A stretch of DNA of 60,839 nucleotides, filler included, from Candidatus Babelota bacterium (lineage in GTDB: Bacteria > JAGOBX01), in assembly GCA_017999075.1 (NCBI GenBank). It is 13 parts of 13 records of this genome, joined end to end, with 100 filler letters (N's around TTAATTAATTAA, not from the genome) between each part and the next. Parts side by side here need not be neighbours in the genome. Positions count along the whole stretch, not along the records: positions 1 to 4,683 come from JAGOBX010000331.1; positions 4,784 to 9,461 come from JAGOBX010000332.1; 11 more parts are not named here. One strand, written 5' to 3'. Below, one piece after another: positions 1-9,561 of this stretch. How positions within the stretch are numbered: the stretch's first letter is position 1; every line of letters begins with the position of its first letter. The position numbers and the translations under genes were made by a program. The notes beneath the pieces were generated by a model. The model ran no database searches. It saw only the letters and a program-made list of their open reading frames with translations, and was not told where the DNA came from.

Positions 1-1
1 A

Positions 2-3000
2 CAATCCATTATCAGTAATCTGAAGATAAGCGCCAAGCGGCTCAATAAATTTTTCGTTAATAGAACGAGAATCTCGTGATCCTGAAAGCATTAAGCGTCC
101 ATCGCGGCGCATAGTTAATTTTGAACCGATAAAATTGTCAGATGTCCATACCCAATCCCAGTCTTTATCAGCTAAAATCAAAGAATGATGATAATTAAAA
201 TTCCCGCCGCCTAATGCTTCTTCTCTCGTTGTAATCATCATAACATTATACATACCGTTTTTCGAAGTGATAACTTCTTTTCCCCATTGACTGAACGATT
301 GCCCGTCAATCAGAATATCCTGCCCTTTCGGCAGATTCAAAGCATTGAATTCTTCGTCCGACATAATATGCGGATTTTTATTTTCAAAAACCTTTTTAAG
401 TTCTTTTCCATCTTTATCAAAAAATACCAGACTGCCGCTATCAGTCAATTGCAGATACGCAATACCGCCCGCGTTAAACGCTTCATAGCGTTCATAGATT
501 TTTTTATCCCAGTAGCCTGTACCTTTACTTGGTTCACGCATCATACTTAATCCTACAGCTCTACCATCTTTTTTTAAACGGAATCCAACATAATGCCATC
601 CCTTATCTTGAAAATTATATTTCCACAATTCTTCATTCATACTATTTAGGATAGACATATAAACTATAGCATTTGTGTTATGGAAAACATTTTCATCCTG
701 CGCCCAAATTTTCAATGTATATGCTTTATTTTTCGATTTTATTGTCCGCTCTTTTTCGCCAATATTCAAAATATATTCAGAAGGTCTGATAATATATTCG
801 GCCTTCGGCATTGAAGCTACATACTCATTATAAAATTTAATCGGTTCAGCAAGATCTCTGAAATTCGATAAATGTTTAAAATCAGTGTCTGAAGCACCGC
901 TCTTCAAAAGCTGTTCGTAATCGGCTTTTACTTTGTCATAATTATCTTTTATTTCCTGTGTCAATGCAGCGTCAGGCATAGCCAAAGTAGCAAACGCATT
1001 ATCTAACCTCGTAATTTTTTCATTGAACGCTTTTATTGCTTCAATCCATTTTTCAGTTTTCTGCGGGTCGCTGTAATTCGAATATTTAGCGCCTTTATTT
1101 AATGCCGCATTGTATGCCTTCAATAATTCTTCATTCTTTTTGCTGTCAAAAACAGTATCTTTAGCAGGCGCATTAGGGAATGCAGCAAGTATTTCATTCA
1201 CTTTTTTAATATAACTCGTTTTTTCACTCATAAAAGCATTATATCTGTCGAATTTCCATAAAAGCGGAAAATCAGCGTCAACCGCATTCATTTTTTTGGC
1301 TTGTTCTATCTTCGGCAATATTTTTTCACAATCTTCAAAATATGTGCCGTATTTACCGTCATACCAGTCATTATTATTGATTGTAACTAAATTATTCAAA
1401 TAATCATTGACTTCCTTAATCGCTTCTTTCAATTTCATACCCGCCGCTTTTGCAGGTTCGATTTTTTCAATACCAATAAATTGAGTATCAACCCAGCCCT
1501 TGGTCTTTGCTTCTGCCATCAAATTTTCAGCATTCGCAATTGTTTTAAAATTTGCAGTATTGATTTCTTCAGGCGCAGGTATTGCTTTAAGCGCGTCAAT
1601 TGTTTTGTCTAAATAAGGTTTAAAAATAGAATAAAGGCGCTCAGCTGTGTAGAATTTTCCGCTCGGGTCAGCTTTTATTGGAAATCCTTTAGCAACCGCA
1701 TCATCAAATTTTGCTTTTAGTTTACGCACTTCTTCAATATCAAAATGTATTTTCGCATCCCAAGCCCAACCTTCTCCGCGAACCATATCTGTGTTAATAT
1801 AAAGTTTATTGTATTCTTCCATCAGCGGCGCAATAACACTATTATTTCCTTCTTCCAGATTTTTTATTACTTCATCGCACGCGTCAAGTTTTGCAAACAG
1901 AGTTTTATCAATTTCATTTACCGGCCAGCCGCATTCATTAAGTTTTTTGCGCGCGTTAGCTATCGCGTTTTTGTCTTTCAAAGTTACTAATTTCGCTTCA
2001 GGCAGATTATTGACAAGCGCAGTCGCCTCTTTTAATCTATTCTTTATATTGTTAAATTTGTTCACAAAATCCCACAGTTTATTGCTGTTTCGCTGGTCTT
2101 TCAGCATTGAATTCGCGCCCATTCGATAAATTGTTCCAAATCCGTTTAAATGTTGGATTCGCGTTACTTGAGAATCTACTTCGTCAAACGGCGCTTTTTC
2201 CAAACCGTTTAACAGCGCATTAAATTCATCTTCAATTTTTCTTATCTCTTTTTTGTAGTTTTCATATTCTTCAGTTAATTTATTGAAATGCTCCATATTC
2301 GGCAGATCTTTTTCAGTCAAGCCAGTAGTAACAGTAATGTATTTAGAATTATATTGGTTGTATCCATATGGGCTTAGTTCTTTTCTGATAATATCAACTT
2401 TGCCAATTCTATTTTTAATATTATACGCATTCCAATACATTGTCCAAAGATTTTCAAATTGCGCGGTATCCATATAGATGTAAGTTCCAGGCGCAGGCAA
2501 TTTTTTGAAAATATCCATAATTTCAGTGACTTTTTTGTCAATCTGCGCTATATCCTCAATCAACGTATTAATTTTATCCGCGTTTGTTTGATAATTCGCA
2601 AAACCCATTTTAGTTAATTCGTCGGCTTTCTTCTTTAACTCTGTAATCTTATCTTTATTTTTCCAGGCAATTCCAGCATCGCCGTTATAATAAGTTAATA
2701 TGGTTGAACTAACAGTTGCGAGATTTGTTTCAACCGCAGCAACCGCGTCTTTATATCTTTTATATTTTGCGAAATAAGCGAAATCTGAGTCTTTTGCGCC
2801 CTTTGATTTTGCTGTATTATATAAATCTTCAATAGGATATTGCAATTTCGATTTTGCCATATTATAGTCATTGTAATTATTAAAAACTACAGGGTCATTA
2901 TCTGCCAATTCTTTAACTGCATTATCAAATTTTGCAATCGGAATACGCGCAAATCCTGCTTTGAATTCATTGAATTTTGCTAAATTTGTAATATCCGCGT

Positions 3001-4681
3001 CTTTCGCGCCCAATTTTTTCGCGTTGTTTATTTGATATTCCATTGAATTGATATTTGACTGATACATTGACTCATAAGAATAATTCGACGGGTCAAGCGG
3101 CTGTTTAATTATCATATCAATATAATAAATCGCCCTTTTGACAGCAAACCGTAAAGTTTTAAATTCTTCGTAACATTTCATTAATTTTTCGTTGCTCGGC
3201 ATATCTTTTTCGGTTAGTCCTTCGCTCATCAATAATGAAGCTAATTGACCGAGCTGCTGAATATATTGCTCGTGCCAGCCCTCAAGTTTTTCCGGTTCAG
3301 GTAATGAATTATAGGCAGCGGTAAATTTTTCGAGTTTGGTTTTCTTTGCCAGTTCTTTTATTGCGCTGAATTTGTCAATTGTCGAAAAATCTTTATCTTC
3401 AACATTCATTTTTTTTAAAGCATCTACTCTTTCGCGCGCAGTTTCATATAAAATCATCGGGTCAATTTTGTTTGACGGATATTTAGTGTATTCTTTATAA
3501 ATCGCATCAAATGTTAACGGCGTGTTTGCCCGCATCTGCGACATCATCTGAAACGGCAGGGCCGCAAACCGCATTAATGTGTCTGTTGTTACATTTGTAT
3601 ATATTTTTTCATAGTCAGCGGCTGACGGAATTTGGGTAATAAAATCATCGACTTCCTTAATTTTATCCTGAGCAGACACGGCAGCATAAATTTCAAATTC
3701 GTAAATATAATAACTGCCGCCCCAATTGTTCTGCATTTTTGTCATCAATGCGCGTACATATCTCGCTTCAATATTCGCAGTGAATTCAAGATATTGATTA
3801 TAAGAAAATCTTTGTTGGTTGGTAACAGAAGCAATATCCGTCCAATTCTGATTATCTGTAGAACCCTGAAATTTATAATCTAACGGATAATCCCAAGAAT
3901 CCCATAAAATCCTAATTTTTCTAAGCGGTCTGACTCGGTCTAAATCTATACATACCCATTCTTCTCTATTCTGAACATTTTTCCACCCTGAATTCCAAGA
4001 AGAATATTGACTGCCGTCAACTACTGAAGCAGGTTTCGAATATGAATATGGAGCAACACTTGCAGTTACAGTTTTCCCTGATGATACAATCTCTACTATT
4101 TCTTCCTGACCTGTGGTAGGATTTACTGATTTGATTGAACGCACTGACTTTTTTTTGGTTTTTAATTTACTTTTTGACGCTTGACGGCTGCGCGCAGTTC
4201 TTGAACGCGCTCCGCGTTTTGAATCGTCTGCTGATGCTATTTTTTCTTCGTCTTCTTCAGGTATCAATTCTTCAATAGCAACATCAACTTTTTTGCCGCC
4301 CTGAAAAATAAGGCAGATATTGCCGGATTTCAATTCACCGTCATATTCTTTAACTCTGCGGATTTCATTATTAACTCTGTCAAACAAATAAATCAGATTA
4401 TCTTTACCGACAAAATAATAATTCTCACCTTCAGTTGCAGGCACATCTACCGGTTTATATTCTTCAACTTCTTCCAAACCGCTTCGAGCTGATCTTACGC
4501 TACGCGATTTCACTTTTTTTTTCTGAACCTTCTTTGTCGCTCTTGAACGAACTCCCCTGTCAGAACCTGAAATTTCTACTGGTTCTTCGCTTTCAGTTAT
4601 TACGGGAAAACTTACTATCTGACCGCCAGGTCTGACTGCATACCATTTGTCTTTATCTTTGAAATTTACTTTTGAAAATTC
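2..4681 (-). CDS. Giant multidomain protein, partial at both ends: basic RS-rich inserts, F5/8 type C (discoidin/CBM32) domain, long alpha-helical repeat region, C-terminal bulb-type lectin-like domains
   Basis: Hand translation of much of the minus frame found no stop. The ORF track lists no minus ORF here, consistent with the frame running off the window edge. Discoidin motifs at ~4080-3680 (VDGSQYSSWNSG..EWVCIDLD..YKFQGSTDNQNW..ARYVR..IYEFEIY). Repeats such as AKKLGAKDADI, AKSKGAKDSDF, LLKSGASDTDF. B-lectin-like ITSKNGMYNV..WVWTSD..LTMRRDGRLML..AYLQITDNG and AYLQLTDSGSLVF. Confidence 0.85.
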
Positions 4682-4683
4682 AG

Positions 4684-4783
4684 NNNNNNNNNNNNNNNNN
4701 NNNNNNNNNNNNNNNNNNNNNNNNNNNTTAATTAATTAANNNNNNNNNNNNNNNNNNNNNNNNNNNNNNNNNNNNNNNNNNNN
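4684..4783. other. Artificial contig linker (N44-TTAATTAATTAA-N44). The same linker occurs at 9462-9561, 14227-14326, 18968-19067, 23708-23807, 28444-28543, 33103-33202, 37755-37854, 42406-42505, 47052-47151, 51697-51796 and 56269-56368. Plain 100-N scaffold gaps lie at 12158-12257 and 21215-21314.
   Basis: Identical six-frame-stop spacer flanked by Ns; genes are truncated at the junctions. Confidence 0.98.
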
Positions 4784-4784
4784 C

Positions 4785-5861
4785 CGGATACTGATTCAAT
4801 ACTCAAAAAAAATCAAGGAATTAAACGGTGAATTTTCAATTACTGAACCTTCCGAACCTGTAAAATCTGTTCTTGAAATGACAGGTCTTGATTCAATTAT
4901 TTTTAATCCCGGCAATCCAGAAAAAAAATTTTCAGAAAAAGCAGAAGAAAAAGAAAATAAAGGAAAAGAATTAGAAACAGATTCTTTTAATTATCAATTG
5001 TTCCAAGCAAAAACCGAAAAACCATTGTCAGGCAAACTTGAAGGGAATGCTGATTTAATATTATCTGGCGAAAAAAAATTTTGCAAAGAATCCTTAAAAA
5101 TAAAATTCCCGAAAAATAAATTCGGAATAGGAATAGGAGCATTCGGGCAATCATTTGATGATTGTAAAAAAAGATTCGGCGAATATATCGCATTAAACGG
5201 AATAGCTGCATATCTGCCGTCGGACACGGATAATGCTCCTGATTTTATAATAAGTTCAGGAAATTTAATTCCTGAAATAAATGCGCTTTACAGTTTTTCA
5301 ATGACAGGCGAATTTGATTCGCTTTTCAGATTTGAAATAAAAAAAGAAAATAACAGCGTAGTTTTCTCTGATATTATAAAAACTGCGGTTAAACATTCTG
5401 AAAGCGATATTACCGGAGTTGTTTTAATAGCAGAAACTACAGGAATGGTAGGGGTATCATTAAGAAAATCTCCAGTTATTTCAATGTCAGAAACAAATAC
5501 AATATTCCAATATCCTCAAATACGTCAAAATTTAAATTTCACTGTTGAACCTGCGTTCAACAGATGTTTGACCATTACATTGGGAATAGCTGTTAAACAA
5601 AATAATATGACATTAAATTCATTTGTCAGAAAACTTTCTGATAATTGCGGAATTAACGGACATTTTCATTCTCTTATTTTCACGTATCAGCCTTTAAGCA
5701 AAGGGAAAATAGAACTTGAAAAAACTGTTGCTTCAGTGTTTGAAAAACAAAACCTTTTAAGTATTCTACATTTGATAAACGATGAAAGAAATATCACAGG
5801 TATAGGTCAAAGTGAATTTTCAAGAGGAATTTGCTGGTTTGCGCCGGTAATTGTTAACTAA
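4785..5861 (+). CDS. STAS (anti-sigma factor antagonist) domain fused to a large uncharacterised C-terminal domain, 5' partial
   Basis: The frame extends to the contig start: RILIQYSKKIKELNGEFSITEPSEPVKSVLEMTGLDSI, typical of the C-terminal half of a STAS domain. Confidence 0.7.
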   Translation, partial: RILIQYSKKIKELNGEFSITEPSEPVKSVLEMTGLDSIIFNPGNPEKKFSEKAEEKENKGKELETDSFNYQLFQAKTEKPLSGKLEGNADLILSGEKKFCKESLKIKFPKNKFGIGIGAFGQSFDDCKKRFGEYIALNGIAAYLPSDTDNAPDFIISSGNLIPEINALYSFSMTGEFDSLFRFEIKKENNSVVFSDIIKTAVKHSESDITGVVLIAETTGMVGVSLRKSPVISMSETNTIFQYPQIRQNLNFTVEPAFNRCLTITLGIAVKQNNMTLNSFVRKLSDNCGINGHFHSLIFTYQPLSKGKIELEKTVASVFEKQNLLSILHLINDERNITGIGQSEFSRGICWFAPVIVN

Positions 5862-5889
5862 TTTTTTATTTATTAGGATTTTATAATTT

Positions 5890-6834
5890 ATGACTTTACT
5901 GATAGGAAGTTTAACAATAGGACTTATTTTATCGCTGCTTGCATTCGGTGTTCTGATAAGTTTCAAAATATTTGATTTTGCAGACATTACTGCAGACGGC
6001 TCAATAACTCTTGGAGCATCTGTTGCTGCGGTTATGCTGGTAAAAGGTTATTCTCCTCTATGTGCCACTTTAAGCGGATTCGGATCAGGATTTATCGCAG
6101 GATTTGTTACAGGCCTGCTGCATACCAAATTCAATATTCACAGTCTTCTTTCAGGAATACTTGTTATGACAGCATTATATTCTATCAATTTACATATTAT
6201 GGGAAAAAGCAATGTTCCGCTTTTAAACGAGAAATCAGTATCAACTCTGGCTGAAGAATACGGTAAAAAAGTTTTCAGCGCAGAATATGACGTGAATGTA
6301 TTCGGATGGGAAATTCCTGCAGGCGATTTAATGATGTTGTGTATTATTTCATTGATAATATTCATTTCCTGTATATTGTTATATTTATTTTTCAGAACAA
6401 ATTTAGGAACAGCTATGCGTGCAACAGGCAATAATCCTCAAATGATACGAGCACTTGGAGTAAATACAGGAAATATGACAATGCTCGGAATAGCATTATC
6501 AAACGGATTGATAGCTTTATCAGGAGCTCTACTCGCACAATATCAGGGATTTGCCGATGTCCAGATGGGAATCGGAATAATTGTATGGGGACTGGCAAGC
6601 GTTATTATAGGCGAAGCTCTTGTAGGAAAACAGAGTTTAGCGCTGCTGCTAATAGGAGCAATAATCGGTTCAGTGATTTTTCGTTTAATAGTAGCTATAG
6701 CTTTACGCTGGGGAATGAATCCTAATGATTTAAAATTGGTTACTGCAATATTTGTTTTTATAGCATTAATTATTCCTGATTTTATCAAAAAATTAATTCC
6801 GGTAAAACAACAACAAAATACAGGCGGCAGCTAA
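5890..6834 (+). CDS. ABC transporter permease (BPD_transp_2-like, putative aromatic amino acid type)
   Basis: Multiple TM segments; DFADITADGSITLGA, RTNLGTAMRATGNN and QYQGFADVQMGIG motifs. Confidence 0.88.
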   Translation: MTLLIGSLTIGLILSLLAFGVLISFKIFDFADITADGSITLGASVAAVMLVKGYSPLCATLSGFGSGFIAGFVTGLLHTKFNIHSLLSGILVMTALYSINLHIMGKSNVPLLNEKSVSTLAEEYGKKVFSAEYDVNVFGWEIPAGDLMMLCIISLIIFISCILLYLFFRTNLGTAMRATGNNPQMIRALGVNTGNMTMLGIALSNGLIALSGALLAQYQGFADVQMGIGIIVWGLASVIIGEALVGKQSLALLLIGAIIGSVIFRLIVAIALRWGMNPNDLKLVTAIFVFIALIIPDFIKKLIPVKQQQNTGGS

Positions 6835-6901
6835 TTCTTATGATAAACTTAATATATAAAAACAACAATTATAATTTAAAATTATTTACATAAAAAAATA
6901 T

Positions 6902-7714
6902 ATGTTGAACATAAGCGCTATCAGAAAAACTTTTAATCCAAACACTCCTGACGAAGTTAGAGCTTTACAGGGAGTTTCACTGAATATTGAACCTTCAAGT
7001 TTTGTTATAGTCATAGGAACAAACGGTTCAGGCAAATCCACTTTGCTGAACGCTATAGCAGGATCTTTTTTTGTTGATGAAGGAAAAATCGAACTTGCAG
7101 GATGCGACATAACAAAATGGGAAGAACATAAACGCGCTAAACTCATAGGCAGAGTTTTTCAGAATCCGTTCAGCGGGACAGCTCCGTCAATGTCAATATC
7201 CGAAAACCTTGCTTTAGCTGCTTTACGAGGAAAACCCCGCGGATTATCCTGGGCTTTAAAGCCAGGTCTTATAAAAGAATTTAAAAACAGAATTGAAAAA
7301 CTTAATATGGGACTTGAAAACCGCCTTTCTAATCCTATAGGAAGTTTATCAGGAGGGCAAAGACAGGCATTGACACTGCTTATGTCTTCATGGATCGAAC
7401 CGAAACTTCTTCTTCTTGATGAACATACAGCTGCTCTTGATCCGAAAACTGCAGAAAAAGTAATATTTCTGACAGGAGAAATAGTAAACGAAAAAAAACT
7501 TACCACTTTAATGGTAACTCATTCTATGCAGCAGGCAGTGAATCTTGGAGACAGATTAATTATGATGCACCGCGGAAAAATCATTTACGATTTCAAAGGT
7601 GCAGAAAAAAAAAGATTAAGAGTAAACGATCTGCTTTCAAGATTCGAAGAAGTCAGAAGAATGGAACGGCTTGACGAATCGACTGCAAAAATTTTATCTG
7701 AACAATATGTTTAA
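6902..7714 (+). CDS. ABC transporter ATP-binding protein
   Basis: Walker A GTNGSGKST, signature LSGGQRQ, Walker B LLLLDEHTAALDP. Confidence 0.95.
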   Translation: MLNISAIRKTFNPNTPDEVRALQGVSLNIEPSSFVIVIGTNGSGKSTLLNAIAGSFFVDEGKIELAGCDITKWEEHKRAKLIGRVFQNPFSGTAPSMSISENLALAALRGKPRGLSWALKPGLIKEFKNRIEKLNMGLENRLSNPIGSLSGGQRQALTLLMSSWIEPKLLLLDEHTAALDPKTAEKVIFLTGEIVNEKKLTTLMVTHSMQQAVNLGDRLIMMHRGKIIYDFKGAEKKRLRVNDLLSRFEEVRRMERLDESTAKILSEQYV

Positions 7715-7726
7715 AAAATAAATTTG

Positions 7727-9460
7727 TCATATAATAAAATCCGAAGCATAACTTCTGACTTTATGTCCGTTCAATATATGCGCTTCCCGTAATTTTCCTA
7801 TAAGTTTGCCTGAAAACCTTTTCAATGGAATATAAATCCACTGCCGTTTAAACTGTTTTGCAAGCTGACGCAGATACGCATCAGGTTTTTCAGGTGAAAC
7901 TATAACACAATATTTTTCATTTGAATAATGCAGAGCCCCGGCAGCTATTCTGTGTTCAGCAGCAGTAAATTTATGAAAAAGAGGATCAACCCATATATCC
8001 CTAAAAAACCTGGGGGGATACCATAACGCTATAGCTCCATACTGCATTCTTCCTATTCCCGGACCAATAATACAATCGCGATAATCAGTTGCTATAACCG
8101 ATATTGTAGATTCTTTGTTGTGTTCGGCCCAAAGAGTGCATTTCCAGTTATATTTTTCATGATCAAGAGGATACTCAAAAAAAATTAAAACAGTATCAAT
8201 ACTCCCTCTCACATTAGGCATTTCTTTTACATAAATATCATTTTTATACCAATTTTTTAAGGTTTCCCTTATATCAAGCCCATCTTTAAATGACGTTAAA
8301 AATTTTTCAGTTTTATACTGATTTTCAATCAAAATTGATTTTGCATAATTTTTGATGTAATTATTGAAATTTTCAATTTTAACATCTTCAGGCGGCCACG
8401 AGCAAACTGTGTTAGGATTCCAGAGCATTTTATATTTTTTTTGTTTTTCTTTTGAAACAGGTTTTTTTTTTAATTTTACATTCTGCCAAAAAAATTTTCT
8501 GCAGTCCAGTCTGTTAAATGCAGAAACAGATTGTCCATCTTCAAACAAAACTTTATTGATATTAAATTTCAATCTTGGACTATTAAAATAATTTTCAGTT
8601 GAATCAGTTTCATTATTGTATCCATAAAATTTCGCTGTTTCAGCAAGTTCTATTGCAAAATTATCATTTATAGTTTGCTTTGCTGCAGTAATAATAGTAT
8701 ACAGATCAGGAGTAAGCCGGTTTCTCATTAAAGTCAAGTTTCTTATGTATTTCAATAAAATATTATAAGATTTTATTGAAACTTTATCAGAAACAAGATT
8801 ATATTTTTCATTGTATTTTTTTCTTGTTTCAATTAAAAGTTCTTTTATAAAATCAGGGAGTTCAAATTTTCTGTTCTTTAAAGTATTTCTGTTTTTTTCA
8901 AAAATATATTCGGCATACGGAAGTTCTCCAAGAATAAAAGACAATGAATTTTGATCAGCAATATATAATTCCGAATCAGGATAAAAATCAGAAGGATCAG
9001 GAGGCTTATTTAATTTCAAATAAGCTTCTTTAACAAAAATCCAGTAATGTATAGAAGGAATATATAATATTTTTTTGTAATCAAGTTCAAGGATATGAAG
9101 TTGATGCGCCATCCAGTTCACGCGTTTTTCAAGCTGCGGATATTTTTTCACATTTACTGTTTTTAAAGAATTCAAAGCATAAAATTTATCTAATGAACAT
9201 TTACGCAACGCGTAACTGTCAGGGAATTCAATATTATTTTCTTCAAAAACATCAATTTCGTAGTCAATAAAAAATGCCGGTATGTGTTCCTGCAAAGAAA
9301 TTTTTACCGCCATAGCCGCACTGCTGCAAGGGCTTGAAACCGCATATCCTAATCTGCCTGTTGTTTTTTCAAAATAACCGGCGCAATAAATTTCAGGAAG
9401 ATGTTTTACAGCTTCAGTGAAAGTCATTTTAATTGATTCAGGCAATGGCAAAGCTATAGC
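7727..9460 (-). CDS. Conserved hypothetical protein with TraB-like N-terminus, 5' partial
   Basis: 574+ aa ORF open to the contig end (AIALPLPES). Conserved-looking blocks CSWPPED, GLDIRETLKNW and IGPGIGRMQYG. Confidence 0.6.
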   Translation of the reverse strand, partial: AIALPLPESIKMTFTEAVKHLPEIYCAGYFEKTTGRLGYAVSSPCSSAAMAVKISLQEHIPAFFIDYEIDVFEENNIEFPDSYALRKCSLDKFYALNSLKTVNVKKYPQLEKRVNWMAHQLHILELDYKKILYIPSIHYWIFVKEAYLKLNKPPDPSDFYPDSELYIADQNSLSFILGELPYAEYIFEKNRNTLKNRKFELPDFIKELLIETRKKYNEKYNLVSDKVSIKSYNILLKYIRNLTLMRNRLTPDLYTIITAAKQTINDNFAIELAETAKFYGYNNETDSTENYFNSPRLKFNINKVLFEDGQSVSAFNRLDCRKFFWQNVKLKKKPVSKEKQKKYKMLWNPNTVCSWPPEDVKIENFNNYIKNYAKSILIENQYKTEKFLTSFKDGLDIRETLKNWYKNDIYVKEMPNVRGSIDTVLIFFEYPLDHEKYNWKCTLWAEHNKESTISVIATDYRDCIIGPGIGRMQYGAIALWYPPRFFRDIWVDPLFHKFTAAEHRIAAGALHYSNEKYCVIVSPEKPDAYLRQLAKQFKRQWIYIPLKRFSGKLIGKLREAHILNGHKVRSYASDFII

Positions 9461-9561
9461 GNNNNNNNNNNNNNNNNNNNNNNNNNNNNNNNNNNNNNNN
9501 NNNNNTTAATTAATTAANNNNNNNNNNNNNNNNNNNNNNNNNNNNNNNNNNNNNNNNNNNN

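Noticed and set aside
287-4635. Short plus-strand ORFs in contig 1
   Set aside because: Antisense shadows of the giant minus-strand frame.
4684-4783. Recurrent TTAATTAATTAA motif and ORFs ending in X..LIN
   Set aside because: Artificial contig linker; adjacency across linkers has no biological meaning.
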